IMG/VR virus record: IMGVR_UViG_3300023184_002233
DNA length: 20,000 nucleotides
Strand: one strand, 5' to 3'
Source of the DNA: an uncultured virus (IMG/VR IMGVR_UViG_3300023184_002233)
Taxonomy: Duplodnaviria; Heunggongvirae; Uroviricota; Caudoviricetes
Below are positions 1 to 8,061 of the stretch, piece after piece. The translations under genes were made by a program, and so were the position numbers. Below the pieces are notes generated by a model. That model searched no databases. It saw nothing but the letters and a program-made list of their open reading frames with translations, and was not told where the DNA came from. The stretch's first letter is position 1. Each line of letters begins with the position of its first letter.

Positions 1-180
1 GAAGGTAATACTTATGGTAGTATTGAAAGTTTGATAGAAAATAACAAATACTTAGAAATAATAAATGATTATACTAACTTCATTGAACCACCAAAAGATG
101 GCCATCCAACAATCAAATGCCATAAAATAATTGCAGAAAATGTAATACGGAAACTTTCGTTAAAAAAAGAAATTATTTAA
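1..180 (+). CDS. 3' end of an SGNH/GDSL-hydrolase-like protein (partial)
   Basis: Frame 1 is open from base 1 to TAA at 178-180. It reads ...PPKDGHPTIKCHKIIAENVIRKL..., resembling the C-terminal D-x(1-2)-HP-xxx-H-xx-IA block of SGNH hydrolases. Confidence 0.55.
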   Translation, partial: EGNTYGSIESLIENNKYLEIINDYTNFIEPPKDGHPTIKCHKIIAENVIRKLSLKKEII

Positions 181-214
181 CAGGTTACACCATAGTTAAA
201 AGAAAACAAAATAT

Positions 215-751
215 ATGAACAATCAAACAACAGTTTACAAAGATTCGCTAACCACAGCAATGACTTATCTCGGTAATAAAGATGACACTATTTTTATTGG
301 ACAACAAATAGTCTATGCAGGAAATCCCATGAGTACTACATTGGGTAATGTACCAAAGGATAAAATGATTGAGGTTCCTGTAATGGAAGAAACTCAAATG
401 GGAATGAGTTTGGGTTTATCAATGACAGGAAAAACAGTAATAACATTTTATCCACGGTGGGATTTCTTAGTATCATCCACTAATCAATTGGTTAATCATG
501 TAGATAAGTATACATTGATGACTGGCAAAAAAGCTAATATACTTGTTAGATTGGGTAAAGGTTCTGATAAGCCACTTGATCCGGGCCATCAGCATAAAGG
601 AAATTATATAAACGAATTCAAATCATTGTGTCCAAATATTAAGTTCCATGATTTGATAAATTATAGTTCAATTGTAGATAGTTATATTAGTGCGTATGAG
701 GAAGGGGGTGTTCATGTGTTAATTGAGTATCCCGAATTGTATTTTGTTTAA
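215..751 (+). CDS. Transketolase / pyruvate dehydrogenase E1-beta pyrimidine-binding-domain protein (TPP-dependent enzyme subunit, no C-terminal domain)
   Basis: Motifs FIGQ, MIEVPVMEETQMGMSLGLS, FYPRWDF...NQLVNH, PGHQH and VLIEY match the E1-beta/TK Pyr domain. Only 178 aa. Confidence 0.75.
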   Translation: MNNQTTVYKDSLTTAMTYLGNKDDTIFIGQQIVYAGNPMSTTLGNVPKDKMIEVPVMEETQMGMSLGLSMTGKTVITFYPRWDFLVSSTNQLVNHVDKYTLMTGKKANILVRLGKGSDKPLDPGHQHKGNYINEFKSLCPNIKFHDLINYSSIVDSYISAYEEGGVHVLIEYPELYFV

Positions 752-761
752 GGATTAAAAT

Positions 762-860
762 ATGTTTATAATAAAGTTTTTTAAAAAACTAATGCGTGAA
801 TACAAATACAGAAAACGTTTAAAAGAATTACGTAAGCGAGATCCATTTATTTACAAATGA
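762..860 (+). CDS. 32-aa basic peptide MFIIKFFKKLMREYKYRKRLKELRKRDPFIYK, not in the ORF track
   Basis: AAGGA Shine-Dalgarno at about 750-754 and ATG at 762. Its TGA overlaps the carbamoyltransferase ATG (ATGA at 857-860), and it fills the intergenic gap. Confidence 0.7.
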   Translation: MFIIKFFKKLMREYKYRKRLKELRKRDPFIYK

Positions 861-2338
861 ATTACATAGGAATAAGCGCTGGATTCCATGATGCTGCTAT
901 CAGCGTTGTAGATGACCATGGACACATATTGTTTGCTGGTCATAGTGAACGTTATAGTAAAAATAAACATGATAAAGATGTGTGTAAAGAATTGTTGTGG
1001 GACGCATATAACCACACAAACTCTGCATATTTACAGTATCATTACTATGAACGCCCATGGTTAAAGTCATTACGTCAATTACGCACTGGTGAAGGCTTTA
1101 CATGGCCGTCATGGGAGAAGATATTAGGTTCAACCTATCATCTGATGGGCACACCTAAAATACATATGCATAGTCATCATCTATGTCATGCAGCAGCTGG
1201 ATTTCAAACAAGCCCGTTTGAAGATGCCACAGTGGTAGTGATTGATGCTATAGGTGAGTTTGACACTATCACTATCTGGGATGCACATTATGATTTCTCA
1301 ACTGGCAAAGCACAATACAAAAAACTATGGAGCCTAAAGTATCCTGACAGTATTGGATTATTCTATTCAGCAATGACAGAACGAGTTGGGCTGCGTCCGC
1401 TTGATGAAGAATACATTTTAATGGGTATGGCTGCGTACGGAGAACCTAATCATCTTAAAGAAATGATGAATGAGTTTGTAGATAGTAAAGATATATTAAC
1501 CTTTAAGCAAAATCTACACACTGGTGTTAGTAAAGATTTCTTAAAAGATGCTGATCCAATGGACATTGCTAGCAGCAGTCAACATTTAGTTGAATATATG
1601 ATTACTAGAGTAATGAGTAAGGCTAGAACATTGGGTCGTAGTAGAAATTTAGTATACGGCGGCGGAGTAGCATTAAATTGTTTAGCAAACAGACTATTAG
1701 GGAACTTCTATGAAAATATTTGGATTATGCCTAACCCGGGTGATGCGGGTAATAGTCTCGGTGCAGCATGTCTTGGACATGGCAGTAAAGTTAATTGGAC
1801 TGATGCTTTTCTTGGCCATAACATTAGTGGCGAGTATCCTGTTAATAACATACTTGATGTGTTACTTACTGATAGGATTGTTGGTGTCGCATCAGGACGA
1901 GCAGAGTTCGGCCCGAGAGCATTGGGAAACCGTAGTCTCCTCGCAGACCCAAGAGGTGATGAAATAAAGGACAAAGTAAATGAAATCAAACGCAGACAAA
2001 AGTTTAGACCATTTGCTCCTGTCATATTAGAAGAATATGCCCATCAATACTTTGATATGCCAAAGCACTGGCATGATAGTAGATATATGCAGGTTATTAG
2101 TAAGTGCAAGTACCCTGACAAGTTTCCTGCTATTGCACATCATGATTGGACTAGTAGAGTACAAACTGTACCTAAAGATGGCTCGGGAATTAGAGAGTTA
2201 TTAGAGAAATGGTATGTAATGACAGAATGCCCAATGTTATTGAATACCAGCTTAAACATTCGTGGCGAGCCAATGGTAAACGACCGCAGTGATGCTGATA
2301 GATTTGAAAAACTATATGGAGTCAAGGTTTTGTCATAA
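857..2338 (+). CDS. Carbamoyltransferase (NodU/CmcH family)
   Basis: N-terminal GISAGFHDAA, ER.S..KHD, HHLCHAA, VIDAIGE, GGVALNC, PGDAG, GRAEFGPRALGNRS, KRRQKFRPFAP, TSRVQTV, LLNTSLNIRGEPMV. Confidence 0.95.
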   Translation: MNYIGISAGFHDAAISVVDDHGHILFAGHSERYSKNKHDKDVCKELLWDAYNHTNSAYLQYHYYERPWLKSLRQLRTGEGFTWPSWEKILGSTYHLMGTPKIHMHSHHLCHAAAGFQTSPFEDATVVVIDAIGEFDTITIWDAHYDFSTGKAQYKKLWSLKYPDSIGLFYSAMTERVGLRPLDEEYILMGMAAYGEPNHLKEMMNEFVDSKDILTFKQNLHTGVSKDFLKDADPMDIASSSQHLVEYMITRVMSKARTLGRSRNLVYGGGVALNCLANRLLGNFYENIWIMPNPGDAGNSLGAACLGHGSKVNWTDAFLGHNISGEYPVNNILDVLLTDRIVGVASGRAEFGPRALGNRSLLADPRGDEIKDKVNEIKRRQKFRPFAPVILEEYAHQYFDMPKHWHDSRYMQVISKCKYPDKFPAIAHHDWTSRVQTVPKDGSGIRELLEKWYVMTECPMLLNTSLNIRGEPMVNDRSDADRFEKLYGVKVLS

Positions 2339-2341
2339 GTA
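2336..2341 (+). promoter_or_regulatory. Putative late-type promoter variant (caTAAGTA) just upstream of the giant repeat gene
   Basis: TAAGTA lies 5 nt before ATG 2347 with no Shine-Dalgarno. It resembles the TAAATA motif found before other genes here. Confidence 0.35.
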
Positions 2342-2346
2342 ATTAA

Positions 2347-5300
2347 ATGCTAAGAGATGTATTTTATTACGGTAAAAAACCCAATGTTCACCCAAGAGAG
2401 AAATTTGCAACTTCATTAGAAGATGCTAGAAGTCAATGTACCACTGAACATTTTTGGATAATCAACGAATACTGTGATTATCGCAATTTTGATTGGAACT
2501 TTGATTTTGAATTTCTACCCGACGAAGATGTTTGGGCACAAGAACACAACAACGCATGGCCTAGTCAACATCAAAAAGATAGCGGCACTTGGTTATGCCC
2601 AGAAAAACATAGCGATATAATTATCTATCGTGCTGATGTTGATACTGTAAGACACAAAAACGAAACACATGAAAATTGGGTACTATTAGATTTAGTAGAT
2701 AAAACTAAATTTGATTTTAGTTGGCATCCAGATCCAACTGATCCTCCTTATATCTATGCTTGGGGATGTAAATATTTTCCAGTAGAATTGCAATCCTGTT
2801 TAGAATATCATGTTCCGGGTGCAACATCTGTAAAGTACATGAATATTATTGTAGAGTTGTTGCCGCAGACAGAACGATGGGTTGAAGTACAGAGTATTGA
2901 CAAATCATTATTTGACATGTCATGGAGACCCAATCCATTGGATCCTCCTATGAATTATGTTTGGGGGAACAAATATATTGATGGTAAACTAAAATCTACA
3001 TTAGAGTATCATATGCCCGGTGCCACTGATACAAAGTATATGTCTTATCCTTTGCCAGTGTTGTCTGAACAGGATAGATGGGTAGAAGTTCAATTAATAG
3101 ATAAATCTAAATTTGATATGACATGGCGACCAGATCCAAGGGAACCTGCATACATTTATGTGTGGGGTAACAAGTATGATCCAGCTGAAGTTAAACCAAC
3201 ACTTGAATATCATGTGCCAGGTGCAACTGAATACAAATACATGGATATTGTTGATTTAGAGCCAGAATGGAATAGATGGAAAGAATATATTCCGGTAGAC
3301 TATTCTAAATTTGACTTTAGTTGGAGACCAGATCCTAATTTACATGAGCCACCTTATATATATGTGTGGGGTAACAAGTATGATCCAGCTGAAGTTAAAC
3401 CAACACTTGAATATCATGTGCCAGGTGCAACTGAATACAAATACATGGATATTGTTGATTTAGAGCCAGAATGGAATAGATGGAAAGAAATACAACCAGT
3501 AGATAAAAGTAAATTTGACTTTAGTTGGAGACCAGACCCTAATCTACATGAGCCGCCCTATATCTATGTATGGGGTAATAAACATATAACAGCAGAACTT
3601 AAATCTACAATAGAATATCATGTTCCGGGTGCCACAGAACGCAAGTACGTGCCTGAGTTAGTGGAAGTATTGCCAGAGTTAGATCGTTGGAAAGAAATAC
3701 AATCTATAGATAGAACTAAGTTTGATATGACATGGCGACCTGATCCACGTGAACCGGCATATATTTACGTATGGGGGAACAAACACATACCCGGTGAACT
3801 GAAATCAACAATTGAATATCACTGTGATGGTGCTACTGAGTACAAGTATATGGATGAACTTGTTGAAGTATTACCCGAACAAGAACATTGGAAAGTTACG
3901 CAAGACGTAAAAAACTTTGATTTTACATGGAGACCTGATCCAAGAGAACCTGCATATATCTATACGTGGGGCAATAAACATATAGCAGCAGAACTTAAAC
4001 CCACTGTGGAGTATTACTGTAAAGGTGCAACGGAACGAAAATACATGGGTGATGTTGAAGTATTGCCTGAGTTAGATAAATGGAAGATAACACAACAGGT
4101 AATGAATTTTGATTTTACCTGGAGGCCTAATCCAACTAGTCCACCGTATATTTATGTATGGGGTAACAAATATATACCAGCAGAACTTAAACCAACACTT
4201 GAATATGTGGTGCCCGGCGCAACTGAATTTAAGTACATGCCTGAGTTAGTAGAAGTGTCACCAGAGTTAGATCGTTGGAAAGAAATACAATTAGTAGACA
4301 AAACTAAATTTGACTTAGCATGGCGCCCAGACCCAAGAGAACCTGATTACATTTATGTTTGGGGAAACAAATATATAAACGCTGAGATAAAAGCCACATT
4401 AGAATATCACGTTGAAGGTGCTACTCAACGAAAGTATATAGGTGAAGTTGAGGTATTGCCTGAGTTTGATAGATGGAAAGAGATACAACCCATTGATAAA
4501 ACTAAGTTTGATTTTACATGGAGACCAGATCCTAGAGAACCTGCTTATATCTATACTTGGGGAAACAAATACATCGGTGCTGAAATAAAACCAACACTTG
4601 AATATCATTATCCTAATGCTACCGAACGCAAATACATGGGCTATGTTGAAGTATTGCCTGAGTTTGATAAATGGAATATCGTTCAAGAAGTAGAGAATTT
4701 TGATTATAGTTGGAGGCCAGACCCAAGAGAACCTGATTATATTTATGTATGGGGTAATAAACATATACCCGGAGAATTAAAGCCCACACTAGAATATCAT
4801 TGCACTGGTGCTACTGAACGAAAATATGTAGGCGAAGTTGATGTGTCCCCTGAATGGGATAGATATCAAATATTAATACCAGTAGATAAAACTAGTTTTG
4901 ACTTTACATGGAGACCTGATCCACGTGAACCGGCATACATTTACGTATGGGGCAATCAATCTAATAGTGCAGTAAAAGAACCTACAATAGAATATCACAC
5001 ACTGGGCGCTACTGAACGCAAGTACATGGAAGATAAGGTAGTTAAGACATTGCCAGTAATTGAAAACTGGAAGATATTAATTCCAGTAGAAAACTTTGAC
5101 TTTAGTTGGAGACCTGATCCAGATAGCCCTCCCTACATTTATGTATTTGGTAATCAATGGCATGATGCTATGACGGAACCCACATTAGAATATTATGTAG
5201 AAAATGCTACTGAGAAAAAATATGTTACAGATACTGTCGCTAATGTAACAAAAACACAGGAGTATTGGAAAACTCTTATAACAGTAGAATCATTTGATTA

Positions 5301-7806
5301 TAGTTGGAGACCTAATCCACATTCAACCCCTTACATATATGTATTTGGTAATCAATGGCATGATAGCATAACTGAACCCACAATAGAATATCATTGTCCT
5401 GGCGCAACAGATAAGAAATACATCACTGATGTGGTTGCATTAGCCAAATCAACAGCAACAGACAATCATTGGAAACGATTAATCCCGATTGAATCATTTG
5501 ATTATAGCTGGAGACCCGATCCTAATAGTCCTCCTTATATCTATGTGTTTGGTAATAAATGGAACGATGCTGCAACTGAACCATCAGTTGAATATTATGT
5601 TGACGGCGCGACTGAACACAAATATGTATTTGACCCTGTTGCTATTCCTAAAGCAGAGATACAATACTGGGCTATAAACAATAATGATGACTTAGAGACA
5701 TTTGATTTTACATGGAGACCCAATCCACATAGTCCATCACAAATATATCAATGGCAAGATAATGGACCAAGATATACGGTTCCGGGCGCAACAGATGTGG
5801 TGTTAATGGAACACACTGGAAAGACAAAGAAAGCAATCGTTAATCGTTACAAGATTAAAACAACATTGGAAGAACTAATTAACGAACATCCCGAAGAAGT
5901 ATTCTGGGCTATCAACCCTGATTTAAAATATGATAAGTTTGACTTTGGTTGGAGACCCAACGAAGAAAACTTCAGGCATATAAATGTATTTGGAAATGAA
6001 CATAGTAAAGATACACAGACTTATTATATTAATGGCCCATTGTATATTCTTGGTAATAAAGAATATAATTATGTTGAGGATCAATCAGTACAGGTTGATA
6101 GTAATTTAAGTATGTTCTTTATTGATAAAAGTAATAAGGAAAGTACAAGTAGATTTAATGAATTAAAATTGCGTTACCCACAATTGCAAAAGACAAGATA
6201 TCTTAATAGTTGGGTAGACACAATCAATCGTTGTATTACTAAAGCAGAAACTAAATTGTTTTGGGTGCTGAATAGTGAGTTAGATTATAGTGAATTTGAT
6301 TTTGATTTCTATCCTAGTCCATGGCAAATGAAAATGATTCATGTGTTTGGTACACAATGGAGTCATTGGGGTAACACCTACATGATTAATAAAGAAACTT
6401 TTGCAGAAGATACAAAGTATGTAAAGATTATTGAACATTTATCTAATTTAAACTTTGTAAAACAAAGAAAAGCAAAAGCAACAAATGTATTGTATGACAT
6501 TGTTTATATTGACCATGGTAATAAAGATTTGTCTGATGTTAATAATTTAATTGTAAAGTATGAAGATAGCTACTTGAATACTTTTAGGAACATGTTAGAT
6601 AAACTTCCAGTAAAGAAAGAACATTATGTTTGGATAGCCAGTACTATTTGTGATTATACAAATTTTGATTTCACTTACATATGTGATCCGTTTGCCAAAG
6701 AACAATTGCATGTTTTCCCTAGTGCTAAACAGAAGTTTGGGGATACGTTTTTAATTGATGTAAGCAGATTGCGTGAATTAATAAATGATATCACTATGTT
6801 GGAAGATTATAATAAAATTAACTTTAATCAAAGTCAAAGAGTAAAAAGATTAGAAGCACCTGTTATTATTACTGAGGAAGATACTCATGTATCTAGTATC
6901 AATACCGAGTTTGATTTCCCATATTCTGTATTCATTACTAGTGACAACAAAGATATTAAGGTAGTAGATAATGAACCAATGAACATGTGGAGTTATGAGA
7001 CTAAAAATATCATAATAACCAGTGAGGGTGGGACAAGAATTATTGTTCCAAAGGAAGCAAAAAAGTATATTAAAAACGAATTGTATGATTATCCATATAT
7101 CATGTCCAATGATAGATTGGCAAAATCCAATCCAATGGATATCGTTTTCTTTAGCAACGGTGAAGCCTGTGCTGAAGAAAATTATGAACATTTGCTTAAA
7201 TTAACTGAAAAGTTACCCAACAAAGTAGTAAGAATTGACGGCATAAATGGTCGTGTAAAGAGCCAACATGCCGCTGCTGAAAGTAGTGCTACGCCATGGT
7301 ACTTCTTAGTCAATGCTAAACTGAAAGTAGATTCAAAATTTGATTTTAATTGGCAACCGGATAGATTACAGATACCTAAGCATTACATTTTCCATGCTAC
7401 AAATCCTGTAAATGGATTAGTATACGGCCACCAAGCTATTGTTGCTAACAACAAGAAACTTACTTTAGAAAACTTTGGCACTGGGTTAGACTTTACTATG
7501 GATAGTGAGCATGAAGTTGTTGCCATTAATAGCGGAATCGGTATGTATAATAGTAGTGAGTGGGATACATGGCGTACTGCATTCCGGGAATGTATTAAAC
7601 TTAAATCATCCAGAACTATGGAAAATAAAGAACGACTAGATGTATGGTTAAACGTCAGCACTGGGGAATTCTCTGAATATAGTATACAAGGTGCCAAGGA
7701 TGCAGTAGAGTACTATTACGAAGTTGAGGGTGAATTTGAAAAGTTACGATTGAGTTACGATTGGGCTTGGTTAAGAACATACTATGAGACTAAATACAAG
7801 TTATGA
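2347..7806 (+). CDS. 1819-aa protein: about 16 tandem ~66-68-aa W/P/Y-rich repeats followed by glycosyltransferase (GT-A)-like modules
   Basis: Repeat consensus W..v..iDk.kFDFtWRPDPrEP.YIYVWGNk....e.kPTlEYhv.GATe.KY. The C-terminal module DIVFFSNGE...RIDGING...AAAE...WYFLVNAK...NPVNGLVYG...TWRTAFRECIKL resembles glycosyltransferase-like proteins of large phages. Confidence 0.7.
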   Translation: MLRDVFYYGKKPNVHPREKFATSLEDARSQCTTEHFWIINEYCDYRNFDWNFDFEFLPDEDVWAQEHNNAWPSQHQKDSGTWLCPEKHSDIIIYRADVDTVRHKNETHENWVLLDLVDKTKFDFSWHPDPTDPPYIYAWGCKYFPVELQSCLEYHVPGATSVKYMNIIVELLPQTERWVEVQSIDKSLFDMSWRPNPLDPPMNYVWGNKYIDGKLKSTLEYHMPGATDTKYMSYPLPVLSEQDRWVEVQLIDKSKFDMTWRPDPREPAYIYVWGNKYDPAEVKPTLEYHVPGATEYKYMDIVDLEPEWNRWKEYIPVDYSKFDFSWRPDPNLHEPPYIYVWGNKYDPAEVKPTLEYHVPGATEYKYMDIVDLEPEWNRWKEIQPVDKSKFDFSWRPDPNLHEPPYIYVWGNKHITAELKSTIEYHVPGATERKYVPELVEVLPELDRWKEIQSIDRTKFDMTWRPDPREPAYIYVWGNKHIPGELKSTIEYHCDGATEYKYMDELVEVLPEQEHWKVTQDVKNFDFTWRPDPREPAYIYTWGNKHIAAELKPTVEYYCKGATERKYMGDVEVLPELDKWKITQQVMNFDFTWRPNPTSPPYIYVWGNKYIPAELKPTLEYVVPGATEFKYMPELVEVSPELDRWKEIQLVDKTKFDLAWRPDPREPDYIYVWGNKYINAEIKATLEYHVEGATQRKYIGEVEVLPEFDRWKEIQPIDKTKFDFTWRPDPREPAYIYTWGNKYIGAEIKPTLEYHYPNATERKYMGYVEVLPEFDKWNIVQEVENFDYSWRPDPREPDYIYVWGNKHIPGELKPTLEYHCTGATERKYVGEVDVSPEWDRYQILIPVDKTSFDFTWRPDPREPAYIYVWGNQSNSAVKEPTIEYHTLGATERKYMEDKVVKTLPVIENWKILIPVENFDFSWRPDPDSPPYIYVFGNQWHDAMTEPTLEYYVENATEKKYVTDTVANVTKTQEYWKTLITVESFDYSWRPNPHSTPYIYVFGNQWHDSITEPTIEYHCPGATDKKYITDVVALAKSTATDNHWKRLIPIESFDYSWRPDPNSPPYIYVFGNKWNDAATEPSVEYYVDGATEHKYVFDPVAIPKAEIQYWAINNNDDLETFDFTWRPNPHSPSQIYQWQDNGPRYTVPGATDVVLMEHTGKTKKAIVNRYKIKTTLEELINEHPEEVFWAINPDLKYDKFDFGWRPNEENFRHINVFGNEHSKDTQTYYINGPLYILGNKEYNYVEDQSVQVDSNLSMFFIDKSNKESTSRFNELKLRYPQLQKTRYLNSWVDTINRCITKAETKLFWVLNSELDYSEFDFDFYPSPWQMKMIHVFGTQWSHWGNTYMINKETFAEDTKYVKIIEHLSNLNFVKQRKAKATNVLYDIVYIDHGNKDLSDVNNLIVKYEDSYLNTFRNMLDKLPVKKEHYVWIASTICDYTNFDFTYICDPFAKEQLHVFPSAKQKFGDTFLIDVSRLRELINDITMLEDYNKINFNQSQRVKRLEAPVIITEEDTHVSSINTEFDFPYSVFITSDNKDIKVVDNEPMNMWSYETKNIIITSEGGTRIIVPKEAKKYIKNELYDYPYIMSNDRLAKSNPMDIVFFSNGEACAEENYEHLLKLTEKLPNKVVRIDGINGRVKSQHAAAESSATPWYFLVNAKLKVDSKFDFNWQPDRLQIPKHYIFHATNPVNGLVYGHQAIVANNKKLTLENFGTGLDFTMDSEHEVVAINSGIGMYNSSEWDTWRTAFRECIKLKSSRTMENKERLDVWLNVSTGEFSEYSIQGAKDAVEYYYEVEGEFEKLRLSYDWAWLRTYYETKYKL
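2677..5800 (+). repeat. Intragenic tandem repeat array, about 195-205 bp unit, 15 full copies plus 1 degenerate copy
   Basis: Counted FD(F/M/Y/L)xW(R/H)P(D/N)P motifs in the translation. Includes an exact 129-bp duplication (3157-3285 = 3361-3489, offset 204 bp). Confidence 0.9.
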
Positions 7807-7994
7807 TAGTTAAACTCGCAAACAAAATTGGACAGGCACATGCTAAATTCTTCATGTGGTTAGGGCGTAAAGCCGAAACTAATCCATGGTGGGCAGTCGC
7901 ATTGACTGTCTGGGCACTATACGAAATCGGTGAACATATCGCCGGCCCGGTTATGGCAATCATGTATGCTACTGGTCATCTAGTGGTACAATAA
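7803..7994 (+). CDS. Small hypothetical membrane protein (63 aa)
   Basis: ATGA overlap with the upstream stop; hydrophobic WWAVALTVWALY and VMAIMYA segments. Confidence 0.65.
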   Translation: MIVKLANKIGQAHAKFFMWLGRKAETNPWWAVALTVWALYEIGEHIAGPVMAIMYATGHLVVQ

Positions 7995-8014
7995 TATACT
8001 GATATATCAGTAGA

Positions 8015-8060
8015 TTTATCTACCCAAAAGACGACTAAATATTAGTCAAGGGTAGATAAA
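8015..8060 (+). promoter_or_regulatory. RBS-occluding hairpin containing a TAAATA late promoter at its apex
   Basis: TTTATCTACCC (8015-8025) is the exact reverse complement of GGGTAGATAAA (8050-8060). Inner stem GACTAA(8033-38)/TTAGTC(8042-47). TAAATA at 8036-8041, ATG at 8062. Confidence 0.65.
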
Positions 8061-8061
8061 C

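Noticed and set aside
2677..5800. Possible CRISPR array or diversity-generating retroelement template/variable repeats
   Set aside because: The repeats are in-frame, protein-coding and diverge largely at synonymous sites. There are no unique spacers, no evident adenine-specific pattern and no reverse transcriptase or cas gene in the window.
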